DNA of 63,444 nucleotides, counting the filler, from Choristocarpus tenellus KU-1152 (lineage: Eukaryota > Protista > Phaeophyceae): NCBI GenBank assembly GCA_964200185.2. It is 8 parts of 8 records of this genome, joined end to end, with 100 filler letters (N's around TTAATTAATTAA, not from the genome) between each part and the next. Parts side by side here need not be neighbours in the genome. Positions count along the whole stretch, not along the records: positions 22,760 to 47,124 come from CAXNAD020000214.1; positions 47,225 to 55,344 come from CAXNAD020005116.1; 6 more parts are not named here. One strand, given 5' to 3'. The translations under genes were made by a program, and so were the position numbers. Each line of letters starts with the position of its first letter. The stretch's first letter is position 1. Below the pieces are notes generated by a model. That model was given only the letters and a program-made list of their open reading frames with translations, ran no database searches and had not been told where the DNA came from. This document shows positions 38,950 through 53,088 of the stretch, in pieces.

Positions 38950-41900
38950 GCATATCCTACATGAGGGGTGTTTCAGAGAAGAGGTACGAGTTCTACAAAA
39001 TACCCGTCCTGAGGTATGAAAGCTTCCTTGAACCCAAAGCTCTGTGGATATGTCTCCATCTAGAGTAACCTTGACTTTTGTCTCGGCCTCTGACGTTCTT
39101 CACATATCCTCTTTATCTACACACAGCACGGGATAATTGATGATCAAGCCCTCACTCTTCCTGGGTTAAATTTCAGTGCCCTTTCTACCTGCACCGTGGG
39201 GTTGTGAGGAGTTCCAGGCCATGCCCACCTCAAGCTGTTCATCCTAGCCAGTAGTAAAGCCGACAGGATAGAGCTTTTGGGTGAGGACAACCATATCTGT
39301 ACTCCATCCAATATTTCCTGCAGTCATTTTCCAAACTACATCATTTCAGAGATGAGATACCTACACCTGTGGAGGTCTTTCCTGGAGAAAATGGCACGCG
39401 CATGTCCTCGGGGTGCATTATGGGGAAAACGTACGGCTCCCCTGGCAAATGAAGCCTTAGGGATGCTTGTGATGTTCCTGAGCCCACTTGACATGGTGCT
39501 GAAGTACCCTAAGGGTCCAGTAGAGAATAGCCGAGTGTTCTGTCCATATATGAGGCAAACGTAGACATGTGGCAATGAGGCATACCCTTTGAAAGATAAG
39601 TGGCCATCATGCTGTCAAAAATACTACCCAGGTAGTGTGATGCCTCTCAATCATTAGAGAGCATTAATAGGGTGCAACACTTCAAATTGCATGACATTTA
39701 AATTCAGATCAGTCAGCGGGCCTCAAACTTGGACGTGGTCAGAAGATATTGTTTCTATTTGACATATCGAAGGAGGTGCAATCGCAGTGGCACACATACG
39801 GAAGCTGGTCTGTTTAGAATTCCCTTATTACCTGGGTCTACACAAGTTGCCCAGGACCAAATGTTTGTGGTATTTGCAGTTGTGCCTACTCTGTGAAGCC
39901 TTTGTGTCCACAATGCATTTGATGTGACAATACTTCGGGTTTGAGAGATGCAGTCAACCTCACACATCACAAAAGGTGTAAACCGCAATGTAACCCATCA
40001 AGAACTCGACTTCATATGAACAGAGTAATAAACACAACATTGCATGATTGCCTTCAACAAAGTTTCCTTCATACATCATAGCAGCACTTCATAGTACAGC
40101 AACGGATAATGCAGTTAGAATTCCTTCAAGACCGTGCATAGCACTGTGGCGGCGGGGTGAAGATTGGGAAGAATCACTGGAGTCTGTTCATCATTGCTCA
40201 ACATGTTCATAATATCCTCTGCCCTGGAGATGAGTACATGGAGAAACAATGCATAATCTCTACAAAAAAAGAATAAGTGGGAATCTTCCATGTGATACCT
40301 TCAGTGTCATACTTCCTCTCACCCAAATTGAAAGAGCGCTGGCAGCCTGCCGCAGAGGAGCAAAACTATCCTCTATGAAAATAGTTCGGTTGGGAGTAGG
40401 AAATGAAGAGCAAACTTTCTCCCTTGCTTCAACAGATGTACGTTTGTGAGATACTGTGCCCAAGATGCCATCATATGAGCAATTTTCTTGTTCTTCCACA
40501 CACTCACAGAGAATATATAGAGCTGTAGAGTGAGTGACCTGTCCTGACAAAGGAACTGGGGTCAATCAAGACTGAATACATGTGAACACTGGGGAGGTAG
40601 AAATTTGAACGTTTGGTGTGTGTAACCAGATAAAAAACATTAGCAAACCTCATGAGGATCAAGAGTACTCGTTTGTTCCTCTTTGTTTCCAGGGGCCCAG
40701 AAATTGATTTTGGACTTCCTGTTGCTGGGTCTGCACACTCATCAACCGATTTGGAACAGTCTCAAGGTTGTCAAGCAACGAAGATGTATAATACTCTGTA
40801 GCCAACAAGCGTGAACTCAGCTTGCTAACCAACCCTATCCTCTCTCTCAGCGAAACTTATACCTACATTGAGCTGCTGAGGACTGCTGTCCTACTGTCCT
40901 ATCTGTACACCTTGTCACATATCCCTGTCATGTCAACAGTTGGCACTTTAGTGAGACCACTCTTGTGGTCTTCACAATCCTGAAGTTCAACATCAGCTTT
41001 CCACTTCCCAGCGAGTGTCACCACCAATAATAAAAAAGATCACACTGGAATACCTCAGGTTTGTCAACATCAACCATGACAGCACCAAGGAGGGGTCTGC
41101 AATTTCTTCAACACAAGCTGCAATATGCATGGTAAGCAGTGAGGATTTCACGTCCTCTCTTCGCCCCTGTAGCATCCCACAATAGCCTTTGAAATATGAT
41201 GAAGTTACCATGTCCATCTTTTCTACTGTTGGGTAAACACAACTCATCATGTGACCGCGGTCCCTGCCAAATATGGTGCAATGGAGGCCTTGATACAAGA
41301 TATATATCCTTGACTTCGTCGGTGAGGCTTTTTTATGCATACACGTGTGCATATCATACACATTACGTACTGTAAGCATATTGAGGACTTCAGCATGGGA
41401 GGGAGGCCTCAACACTCATGTGAAAAGCGCATGAGATGGGTGATTGGGATGGGAGACCCATCAAGTGCTTTGATGTTGGACAACAGGTTTCAAATGTCTG
41501 TTGTAAACATACACTCCAGCGTATCACAACTAACAATTTTTTGTTGTTGAGCGAAAGTATCGTAGAGGATACAAGTTTTGCCATGTTTGTCAACTTGGGG
41601 CTTGGCTTCCCGTGCTTTTTTTTATAACGTTTTCCTACTCCAAAATGTTTCGGAGTAGGTAAAATGTTGATGTTATGAAAAGGTGTGTCTGGAACAAAGA
41701 TATGGACACTATGAATTTAATATGATAGTCAAAATTACATAAATATCGCAACATTGGAGTTTGGCCCCCAAATGGACACAACTGTACCCTCTAAGATACT
41801 TTGGCTCTGTTATGACCAAAATGTATCCTATGATGAGTCTGAATACAGTACTATGGAAGGATTCCCTTAACCTTCTACCATCATGCTTGGAAATCCTTCA

Positions 41901-43970
41901 ATACATAGGGTCAGAGGGATGATCAGAAGAAAGTGTGGTAAAGTGGGCAATAAAAGGCTATGCTCCATAAGGGCTTAGTGAGGTGATAAGTCCATCTCTC
42001 TTCCCCAAAAAATGAAGACTAACTCCCTACTCATATTCACTTTGACACACTTCATACCATCTATTGCAGGATCATTTGCACTCCGAATTCATAGTGAAGG
42101 TCACAGGAGAGGAGGACTGTTCAAAGTAAGTCGAAGACAATCCTCACAATTTCAATCTAGATGACCTCACAAAGAAAGTGAAATAGCAATAAAAAAGGAT
42201 TTACGCTGAAGGAAATACACAACTCTCGAATAAGCGAAACATCTCGAGTGTTTCACTGTTCGACTGAGGGCTCCTTAGCACTTCTTGATATTCTTCATGT
42301 GTATCACACAGAACATATGAATGGCCTACAGCATCTCATGTTCCACTGGGCTCGTCATGGCCACATCGGCATATGTGATGAAGAGCTGCATGTAACATAA
42401 AGAATAGTAAGGCAAATCAAATCACAACACTATAGTGTAAATTAAAAGAACAAGTAATGAACCCTGCAAAGAGTGGTCACTTGTAGGGGGGGGAAAGGGT
42501 GCAGCAGGTCCAGGGTATACCAGACCTAACTTGATTGCTCTGTTGAAATACACCTACAAAGGTGCGCTGACCCAAACTGTCTGGTCCAATAAGCGGACTG
42601 GACAATCAGTGGGATTGAAGAGGACAAGCTCTCACACCTTGGGTGAGTTCAGTTCGCTCAAAACACTTCTTTTATGAGCACTGCGGATTGCAGGCTATCT
42701 TATAGATACTTGAGATTGATTTTTTAATAGTATCAGTAGGTTTTACCTGCTCTTGATACCTACCTCCTGCTTCAAACACAATACACTGCAACTCTTGAGC
42801 TCTATGTCATGAATACCCTGTAGATCAATCATAGATAAAGTTAGCTATCATACTGGATATGCCAAGATCCATCATAAAAAAAATTAGCTATCATACTGCA
42901 CCACCTTCACCAAGCCCATTGTTGTAGATGGTTCCAATCCTTCCACAGTCATTCTACTCCAACTGTCACTAGGTTGAATGAATCGCTCAACTTGCTTGGC
43001 AGGCACAGGTTTCCAAAATGCAAGTAAGGTCATGTCAAACTTTGACACGAACCTGCTGGTTTGCAGAGACTCTTCCACCATGTACGTTGTCGCAGGTAGT
43101 TCCAACACTTCCCTGGGCACTGTCACTTCCCTTGACATCAGATTAAATAGCTAAATTACCTTGCATGACAGGCATAGTTATCAAAGAACATCTTTAGACT
43201 CATGCCTGCTCTTACTATCCAAATATACCGGAATCCTTATGGACTACCACATCAAGTACATCAAGAAGGGTCCATTGCGTAACAAGTGCTTCCCAGAACA
43301 GGCACAATAAATACCACAAAAGGTTTGGTATTCGGCAACCAAGTAGTGTAGAATTTCTCTACAAATCAGCTCCAGATGTGTATCCCATATATGCTCCTCT
43401 AGGATAGCGCTTCCTGTGAATATATCAAATGGAAACGATGTCTTTTTTCTACCATCTTGAAGCTTGAGAAACACGAATTGATCATACCAAGTTCTCTAAA
43501 GTATTGCATTGCATGCACACGTTCTAATATTTTTGGCCAATATAGCATAGGATCACTGGCTGGTAGGGTATCAAAATGATTACCTCATCTTCAAAGGGTG
43601 AGCCTCTTCGCCACATGTCCACAACTGCCCTGTATATGGACAGAACATTGGGTACATACTCCCCTAGAACACTAAGGATACTTCATACATGTCTAATGGG
43701 TGAAGGAACGGCACAGGCAAACCTATGGCCTCGTTTGCAAGGTAAGTAGTAAGGCTTCCCCCAAATACACCCAAGGACGTGCATGAGATATTTCCTCGCC
43801 TGAAAGCTCTTGCTGGCTGGCTACATTTCTCGCAAGGATGCACTGTTTGAGGTAGGCTTGGTACTCTCCACAACCCCACAACATATATCCCAGGAAAAAG
43901 CATACACAGTTCTTGTACCCTTAAGCCCAACATGGGCAACACAGCAACATTGGCAAAAAAGGGCACTGGA
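38950..43970 (-). pseudogene. Decayed multi-exon (unprocessed) gene of unknown family
   Basis: Exon-like blocks flanked by cag/gt (e.g. ~41057-41262, ~40299-40565, ~42205-42385, ~42900-43140, ~43160-43495) with protein-like translations interrupted by in-frame stops and frameshifts. Confidence 0.4.
41549..41807. mobile_element. MITE family B, reverse orientation (259 bp)
   Basis: GAGCGAAAGTATCGTAGAGG...CCCTCTAAGATACTTTGGCTC; interior is the reverse complement of the 25224 copy. Confidence 0.75.
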
Positions 43971-44548
43971 TTTTGGCCCCATTAGAGCGAGGGTTTGATC
44001 ATCTTCATTTCAGAGATGTGCACAAATGGTGACATTAGGAGGTGTGAAGGACGTCGAGGCCGATGCAGAGGTTGAGATTGCATAAGCTGGAGATCACCCC
44101 TCTCTTGCACTATAAGTCACCACCCATTTTATGACTTCCTGGTGGAACTTGGGGTCACAACTGCAGAGAGATTCAAACCGGAAGGGGTCAGAAGGTGGAG
44201 AGGTATTTCCTCTGAGGTTGGGTTGTGTGTAGTTTAAACCCCTGAAAGTGTTAGAAATATGGTCAATTTTTTAAGAAAGGTACTAAGAATTGCTCTTATC
44301 AAACACGCTTCTACTGTCTATATTTTCAATTCACCACACAAAGAAGTGAGTTTACGTGCTCCTCAACTTTGTCTCTCCGGTAATGGAGGAGAGATCTATG
44401 ATTTGGAGTTAGTTTATCGGTACAAGTCAAGCAACGTTTGGAAACAAACCTTGCTCGCCTTCAACTTAGTGAACGCTTTCACGCCACGTGACATCGAGGA
44501 GGATTGAACAACAGGGGACTGTCCATCGCCCTTCGCGACAGGGCTATT

Positions 44549-46927
44549 ATGGTATACGAGCTTAGGATGGAACTTTCGACATGCTACCCTCAGCTATGGC
44601 CTCTGACGGTCCAGAGAAACCTGCCAATGACCGCCTTCCTCTACCGCCCTTGCGTACTGAGTAGAAGGCAGTTAGTCAAACCACTTGATACTCACATCAA
44701 GGGATGGAGTGACCTTCTCGATATTGGATCGACGAAACTCGTCGAGACAAGCACCTTATTTCATCCCTTGGTTGTTGATAGCGATGGTATCATTGGCTGG
44801 GATGAGGGGCCATGGAATGGATATATCGATCTTGGCGGAGAGCACAGTATGCTCGCAATGGAGAGAACACTGCCAAACCGAATACAAGAGAGGTTGGAAA
44901 ACCTTGTGCAGACCACGCACCCTTTCAAAGCGGAAGTAGTGAGACATACTGAGATACAAGGTGCCGCAAATTCAGAGGATTGGGCTGAAGAGCTCACCGC
45001 CCCTCTATGTTCGTCGCAACGCTTTGGCAGCATTGTTGAGGGCCGCCTCAAAGATAATATGGACATGACTATGACATGGCTCAAGAAGGACGTGCGTAGG
45101 TTGGCAGCTCACTTCGCAGCGATTGGAGGGAAGACAAGGGGATTACCTGGAAACAAAAATCCTTCTGATGTATCCGTAAAACTGGAAGTGTTGACCAAGA
45201 CGAAGTGCCCACGCTTCCACCAGGACAAGGTGCAACATCGTTTGGATTCGTACCATAGGCTGACTTGGTAAGGTTTTCCTTCCCCCACCCCTTGTGAATG
45301 CTGTATCGTGCAGAAATTTCGTTTATTTTACGACGACCTCTGAAGCCCTAAGGTCTGGAACTGGGCTTGTTTGTCCAACTAAGTTGTCTCTTTGTCGTTT
45401 TAATCTATTTTCCTATTTTCCTAGGTGCCAGTACGACTCATCTGCACTTACGTAGGACCCTGCACAGAGTGGCTGAACGGGTATGACAGCCATCACATGG
45501 TGAACAACCGGTCACCACCACAAATTTGCAATAAGGTGAAGAAAAAGGGCTAGGGGCTGAACCCTTAAGTCACCTTGACTAGATCACCACTGCAACTTGT
45601 GGAAGGAAACATTTCTTGCTGTCAAATGTCAAACTTCTACTCCATGTTTGAAAAGACTGAGCCGGTGCTCTGCATTCTTATTTTGCTTGCCACCACCGAT
45701 CTTCAACCTAGTCCTTGCTACCCCTCCCCTCCAATATTGCCCCACCCTGAAACACTCAAACTTGGATATGTTCGTTGTTTCGCAAGAATAGTATTCTGTC
45801 TAGTTTCTTCAGGTACTCCTTACACATGTTGTAGTTAGGTCAAACATGACTATAGTCAAGGAAGCTTAATGCACACTGTCATTGGGATAGAATTCGATTC
45901 TTGATACAGCAAGCATTGAACTCTGTTCAGAACTAGCAGTCCACTGGCACTCAGTCAAAATTTCCCCCCACTTCTTGTGTTTTCTGCATCTTTGCGGTGA
46001 AATATACATGAAAATTATACATGAAAAACCTTTTTTTTAGACTGCCACAACTGGTGAGTGTACTTTAAATCTGTCAATAAGCTTTGAGTCACTTTTGGGG
46101 GGCTGCATGAGGACCTCTTGGCCAGATTTAACCCTTGCAGTTGATTTTGTGATGTGACACCTACGAATATTTTGTGTTACAACTCACTTCTCCACTTCTC
46201 ACTACTCCAACTGTCACTGCCGTTATCAACTGTGTGCATACTACAGCAAGGGGTATGTAGTGTCATCATTTCCCACACAAAGATGTAACAATATTGTGGC
46301 AACCCTTTGTGGAGCAGTCTGGAGGTTTCATAATAAGAGTGTACTTGTTGGGAGGGGATTGTATATGTCAGGGTATCTATTGGTAGCTCGTCAGAGATGC
46401 TACTCTTATATGCCACTCAATTGAATCCAACAATATTGAGTACAAACAAAATCTTCCGTATTTCTTTTTTATATCTACACGACAGGGTTCTTTTCCATGC
46501 TAGTGGAAACAGGCATTCCTGCACCTTCAGTAGCAGATTCTGGGAGTACATACAGATACCCTTATCTTATCACCTCTTGATGTCAGTCATCTGAAAGCAT
46601 GACATTGACACAATCAAGGTCATCTAAAAGGTCGTGTTGAATTATAATTTAGTGTTGGTTCACTCAACCACCCTGCTCCTGCCCTAACCCTAATTCCTTT
46701 CTGTCACACAGGAAATTAGTCGGGGTAGGCCATCATTGCAGGCCACACCTGGCGACGTGTTGCTCCTTCGTGGTCATGAGCAAAGCTGGTCTATAGGGGA
46801 ACTGAGCACAATCCACAATGAGCACAGAATACCTGGGGTGGCCCATCGGTCGCCAGACTTGGAAGAAGGTCAAAGGAGGCTTGTCCTTACCATGGATATT
46901 GGAGATACATGTGGTTTGTCAATGTAG
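44549..46927 (+). CDS. DUF1826 domain protein; exons 44549-45229, 45425-45535, 46712-46927 (start codon uncertain)
   Basis: Spliced motifs KLEVLTKTKCPRFHQDK|VPVRLICTYVGPCTEWL ... ATPGDVLLLRG ... GVAHRSP ... RRLVLTMD reproduce the DUF1826 consensus (CPRFHxD, RLxxTYxGxxTEW, GDVxLLKG, HRSP, RLxLxLD). All introns are phase 0. Confidence 0.85.
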
Positions 46928-47224
46928 TAGTTTTGTAAAAGGATGTAAGGCGGGTATCTCAGTTGGTGGGTAGGTGTGCGTGGGACTGATAAGGATAAAT
47001 CAATCTCAGTATTTATTGTGCCCACCTTTGTCTTTGAATCTTGAGGGGGGGGGGGGGGGCCCAAACCGCCAGATATTGATGTCCGGAAAAACCAAGTAGG
47101 AATACTTTTTTTTTTTTCCACAAGNNNNNNNNNNNNNNNNNNNNNNNNNNNNNNNNNNNNNNNNNNNNTTAATTAATTAANNNNNNNNNNNNNNNNNNNN
47201 NNNNNNNNNNNNNNNNNNNNNNNN

Positions 47225-47283
47225 CCAAGCCCCACAAATGGACAAACAGGGAAAAATTCGTACCCTCTAAGATAGTTTCACTC
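47225..47283. mobile_element. MITE family B 3' end after a gap
   Basis: ccaagcccc...gacaaacagggaaaaattcgtaccctctaagatagtttcactc matches the right end of the 25224 copy. Confidence 0.65.
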
Positions 47284-49572
47284 TGATGACTATCGTATTG
47301 CTACAACTCCATCAGTTCACCACCTCAAAAGCCAGATTTAAGTATCACAAATAGTCATGCTTGTTTGTAGTGGTCAAAAGGAGGTGTACCCCAACTACAT
47401 ACATACACTAGGGGGAGTAAGATTTGGTTGTTAGTGAAAAACTGTTTTGGATCATGTCTTTGACATCTCTCACATATTGAAAATCTTATCTAGGAATTTC
47501 CCTGAACCTAATTTACATGGATGGTAGCGACATTTGAGGGAGGAAGTCGGGAATATTTTTTCAAACATAAGATGCATTAAAATCAGAATGTCATTCCCAG
47601 AAGGAATTAAGATCTTCTCATCCTCACATGAATGAACTGACTGTTTCACTTTGATTCAATTCTGAAGAAAGTATTAGCCAATGAGAATAGTCTACGGATA
47701 TTGAAGCAATCATTGAAGGTTGGCAAAGAGGATGAACAGTGTAGACAGCCACCAGAATGGTCCATATTGGCTACACTTCGAGGATCTTTTAGACAGAAGG
47801 GAAACTAGTTCGAAACAGTTAAATGGGAGGGGGTATACCCTGCATTTGAGACAAAATGGGGTACAATACTGTATTTTACCTCCACACTACACCTATGTTG
47901 CTAGACCTTCTACACAGTTACAAAAAAAGTGCTTCCTCAAAACAAAATTGTGGGGAAGAATTAGCTTTGGCGACTCCAAAATAATAATGACCATGCAATT
48001 GAACTTAGTGTTAACAGGCAAACCTTACCCTTCACCCTCAATCTTATTCTACTCTTTTGAAGACTACATTTATAGTAACGTTGGTAATAAAATTCAACAT
48101 AAATTTAAATATACATATAACTCAAAATATGAACCGTAATGATAACCATACACTGTGGCATTCTTCTAGTAAGTCAACACTCATTTGTACCAAAACAGGT
48201 TAAGAAATCAAAAAGGTGGCACTATATCAAGAGTACAGTTTTCACGACTCTGTTCACTTTGAAGTGAGAAAAATTCAGTGTAACAATTTTAATATTGCTG
48301 GTACCAACCACACATGCAAGTGAAAAAACAACCTTGAAAAGATACTATGTCAAACATGGTTATTTCCAGGCAGTTAAGTTGTGTTCTGGCAATTTCTCCT
48401 ACAAAAAGTCTATAATATTTGTGAGGGTGCAGTAATATAAACTTATATATTAGGCTCAAATACAAGACCTGTTGTATCTTTGTGATCTATCACTAGAAGG
48501 GCCCAAATCTACTCTTCCATATCTTTGTGGGAAATTAATGTATCTGAAGTATATCAGGTCCTGTCTAAGGCTCATTCTGTGCTCTGCATTGAAAACACAC
48601 AATGGGCGGCATAGAGTGGTGCATGGCAAACCAGCAGTTGCAAGCCCCTCTGTTTTCCTGCACGAATCAGACACAAAATTAATCAGTATCCTAAATATTT
48701 TTATTATTCAAGGCAAGAACATACATAGGAAAGGTTATTTAGGGGTATACCTGGCCTGTAACCACTTCAAGTACAGTAGAGATTCTGGTTACTGGAGCTA
48801 AACCAAAGAGGCACATGTCTGATGCTGTAGCACACAGGGTTCACTGAACGATATGCCTTCCAGGTACAACACCTTCGTGAGTGTAAACCACTGAAAAACA
48901 TCACACATCATTAATCCAATACTGACAGAACACCATCCCATAATGTGTTCACAGGTGAGGCTATTGCGTACAAGTAGCCAAGGGTCATTAAGCCAGCACT
49001 GAAACCTTTATAAGCTCTGATTGTTTGGCCACGAAGAAAGCATGAAGTCTTTTCTTCACCTGTAGTTCTTGAAACCTTTGCCACATAGTCATCATGCAGT
49101 CCATCCCAGATAAACATCAACCAAGTACACAGCAGAGATGACAAACTGCTTATCTGAGAGTATAATAGTTTTAGAAATATTTTCTTACCGGTGTACCGCC
49201 AGGAACACTTATGAAAACCTCCAAAAGATTACCGAATGATGTCCCACATGAGCCAGACCCAACAACAAAGCATGCCTGACGATTGAGTAGCTCATGATAA
49301 GTGAGGTTGAAACTGAGTACAGGTGAAGAGAACCAACAAACAAAACTGTCAAGTACTATCCTCCTCCCCATAACCACCCCAACACATGCCAAAAGCTGCA
49401 TCAACGATGATCACCATGAAGAAGTCAACAATCCAGGTGAGAGACTACTACAGGTACCAGAGGCCAACACCTGTCGGTAATCTAACAGCTACCTGTAACA
49501 GGCAGGCCTATGCCGCAACACTCTCTGTCCTGCAATCACTCAAATGTATACCAAGAGGTATTACAAACAAGT

Positions 49573-52522
49573 TTAAATCCTTGACGGGTAGAGCATCACA
49601 CGTACAGGGGCACCAATGGCCTTGGGCTTTTTGGGGGAGGGGAGGTGGGGAATACACGGCAAAATAGAGGGGCATTGAATCAGGTGGACAATAGAGTCAA
49701 AAATGGTGTGTACAAGTACAAACACACCTTGATGTATTACCAGGAGGGTACAATCAAACATTTTACAACATTTCTACAAAAACTCAGATTTGAGCATGTA
49801 ACTCCAACCCAAGATTTGTGTTCACAAATAGATATTTTGGGCAATAAACAATCAAGAACTATGCAACAGGAACACATATTGAGCAGATGCTCAATGCTTT
49901 GTCTTGCGTTATTTCAAAAAATATTATCCTTCCATATTTCAGATACAGATACAGCCCCGGATATTCTACAACGGCAAGTCCCGTACTCAATTTCCTCCGG
50001 TTGAACGCAACTCATTACCATAACGTGCGCACCTAAGATTAGGAAAACATCAAAACTTAAATTAAATAACCATCTCAACAGACTTACCACCAGTCAATAA
50101 AAAGCAATACATAAAAGATGAAAACTACAAAACCAAAGAGACACTCACTGGCAGGTTGGTTCTGAACTTGGCCCGCACTACGCCATTGGTACCATGGGCA
50201 CGACAAACTTTGCCCCATACCACACGGTACTTTGTTCCATTCTTGAGGGTCTTAGCCTGACAATTGGAATTATCCAACAGACCACAGATGAGGATACAAG
50301 TGATGTGATAAGGCAAAAGAGCATAAACTAAGAGAATCTCTTGTGCTTATTATTATTATTTGCCTTGAACACCGTACATTTCACACATTTCACTTAAGTT
50401 ACAAAAAATCTCAAAAACATTGTTAAGATGGTAAGTAAATTAGAAATCAGACATACAAATAGAGAACATAAATTACAAGTCAAAGTGGTTCAGAAAATTG
50501 AGTCAGTTTCAATCAAAACATGCATGAAATGCATACATCAGGCAGGGTGTGAGTCGCCAATCATTGTGGCCTTCTGCAAGTATAGTACACACGCACCAAA
50601 AAAAACTAACACAAAATTACATTTCTTGTCCCATCACAATTGCCACAATTCACAACACTAACAGAAAACACAAACCTTCAAAGACCAAACTGCTAAGAGT
50701 GCAAGCAGAAGCAAGTCTGACACACTCCACACAATAGGGTAGTGTGTTAACAGCAAACCACAGGGAAGATAAACACTGTAACAACGGGTAACTGCAAGCA
50801 AGGTCCGAGTTTTCAGGCTTTTTACTTGAATCACAATCCCACAAATTGTGAAAACACACATTGTGGCTTTCAGTACTCTTAACCCTTAAAAAATGTTGCT
50901 GGTGATAATACCCACATTCATGTCCCTTCAGCAGAGCTCAACGCTTTTTGTGTAAATTCCTGACAACATGCTAGACATAAGCAAGAAGGAAACAATTGTT
51001 TCCAGAAACCCCCCAAAAAACTGGTTACATTCGTACAATGGTACACACTTTGACTAGGATAGGAAAAAGTCTATTAATACAGAGCTGTGGATCAAGCTTC
51101 CACTCAACACTTGTGTAAATTCCACTCAGCATTACAAACAAACCACCATTCACAATTTCACGGCTCTTCCAATCAACACACCACTGTGATCTCTACCCTT
51201 CAATCAAGGTATCTATTGTTAACTCACAGCACATCAGAAACCAAGAATTTTGATTTCTTAATGGGTTCAAGGCACAACCCAATAATCGACACCTTAACAG
51301 CAATCAATCCGTGGAATCTAATCTCACCCTTGCAATAACAAACTAACACCCTCAAGTAGTTGATAGCTTTCTAAATCATTTTTTAATCTTTCCAAGGTAT
51401 GCTTTAACACCAACCTATTAAATTAAGAATAAAATGAGCTGACTCACCTTGTAGATGTAGGCAATACGCTTCCCAAAGTAGAATTCCGATGCTTGCTTGT
51501 CCTCCACCCCCTGGACAACAAAAAAATAATACCCAGATAAAGTGATAATGTAGAATATCAAGAATGTGGATAAAGTTAAAGACATTTTACTTGAAGCTGA
51601 AAAGGATGAAAGGGAGGAGCTGCAATAGAAAACCACCACTAATCATGGGGATAGAGTTTGAAAGGGTGGAATACTTTGCTCTCTGTGTCAAATAGGTGGA
51701 GCAACAAATGCATAGATCCTTGATTAAATGCAGTGAGCACAAATGTATCTAAGGAAGCGCTTCAATGGAAATTAAGGTATGAAAAGATGGTATCACATCC
51801 ACGACCATGAAGATGATCAGTTTTTCTTAATTTATGAGCAAACATTTATCCACTCAGTCAGTCTCTACCATTCTTAGCAGTGAGCAGGCGTTCGGCCAGT
51901 TTGACCCTTACAAGACGTTCCAGTTTACCTGAATCTTGATGAGGGAGGTGTGGTGGTAGGTGTTGCGAAGTCCCCGCTTGTACCCAAGCATCACTCCCTT
52001 CACATATAGCCGCACAGGCTAATTTCAGAGTGTGTAACGGCACCAAGAAAGTCCAGTTAGGAAGGGCAGGAAGGTGGGTCTTTTCTTGGCGAAGCAAAGG
52101 GTTTATAGGGAATTGAACTGAAAAACAATACAGGACATTCTTTGAAGGTGTGTATACCATCACAATGTGCAAAATTGCTAGAGGGGGCTGCCAATATCAC
52201 CAAGTTAAGTCAGGGCAGACTGAATGCATCGGACATAAAGTCAAACCCAGATAATGCAATACACAAAACGCCCTGTGCAATTGTCTCTCCTGGTTTAATT
52301 GGATTGTCAAACAAAGCAAAGCATTTTATCTTCGATACCTACCGTAGACCGCTAACTCCTACAGACAATCGCATACGCGTCAATTGATGTAAGATGGAAG
52401 TATCTAGGGCTTATCATGGAAGACAAGCTTGATACCTCTTGAATGGTGAGCCACCGCCATGAGCTTACTGATGTAGCAAATGTCTATCATCTCACCTGAC
52501 CGACACGTGGGGAGGTGCGCAT
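49573..52522 (-). CDS. RPL35A: 60S ribosomal protein L35a (eL33), complete, 113 aa; exons 52496-52522, 51929-52018, 51448-51510, 50149-50256, 49573-49626
   Basis: MRTSPRVGQ|[30 protein letters not shown]|[21 protein letters not shown]|[36 protein letters not shown]|[20 protein letters not shown]. All introns are phase 0 with canonical sites. Confidence 0.96.
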
Positions 52523-53088
52523 GGTACTGATATTTCGTAAGGGTTGCCACAGCAGGGCATCCACACCAGGTATAGTCATTAAAGAGCCGTGTAGAGAGGG
52601 ACAGGTGTGTGCGCTCGTTAGGAAGAGTTTGAGCTGATATAATTATGATTAGTATGTCTTTGAAAGTTGTTCGACCTATTGGTGTCTTTGAAATACGATT
52701 GTTAAACATTCGTACTCTTTTGAAGTACGATAACATGGCCAAACTCTTGAATGACGAAAGAAAGAGATGTGCCACCACCCTTTCTTGTACAGGTCGACGA
52801 CATGGATTGCCTTTGTCCAACAACCCCTCCCCCATCTCTTGATGGCAACGTAGGCCTTCCAACCCAGCTAAAGCTCTTGTTACACGAAACATCATGCTCT
52901 TCCATTATCCACAAATTCACACTGGTCCAGTCCTGAAGACTCTCGCCCCCGACTTCCACCACCATTGTAGTGGTCGCTTCCCATCTCAAGATCACTATCT
53001 TTCCCCAAGCCCTGATAAGCCTCAACCACTAAGCGTACATGCACTCCCCAATCCCTCCAATAACAGAGAAAAGTAGCTCAGCACTCAC

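Noticed and set aside
39960-42390. Alternative genetic code or selenoprotein explanation for in-frame TGA codons
   Set aside because: Intact genes in the window have no in-frame TGA, and the region also shows TAG stops and frameshifts.
50257-52495. Intronic snoRNAs in RPL35A
   Set aside because: No convincing C/D or H/ACA box pair found by eye; needs an Infernal scan.
6861-52522. Apparent ribosome-biogenesis cluster (ZNHIT3, URB1, RPL35A)
   Set aside because: The genes lie on different contigs separated by gaps and unrelated genes; chance is sufficient.
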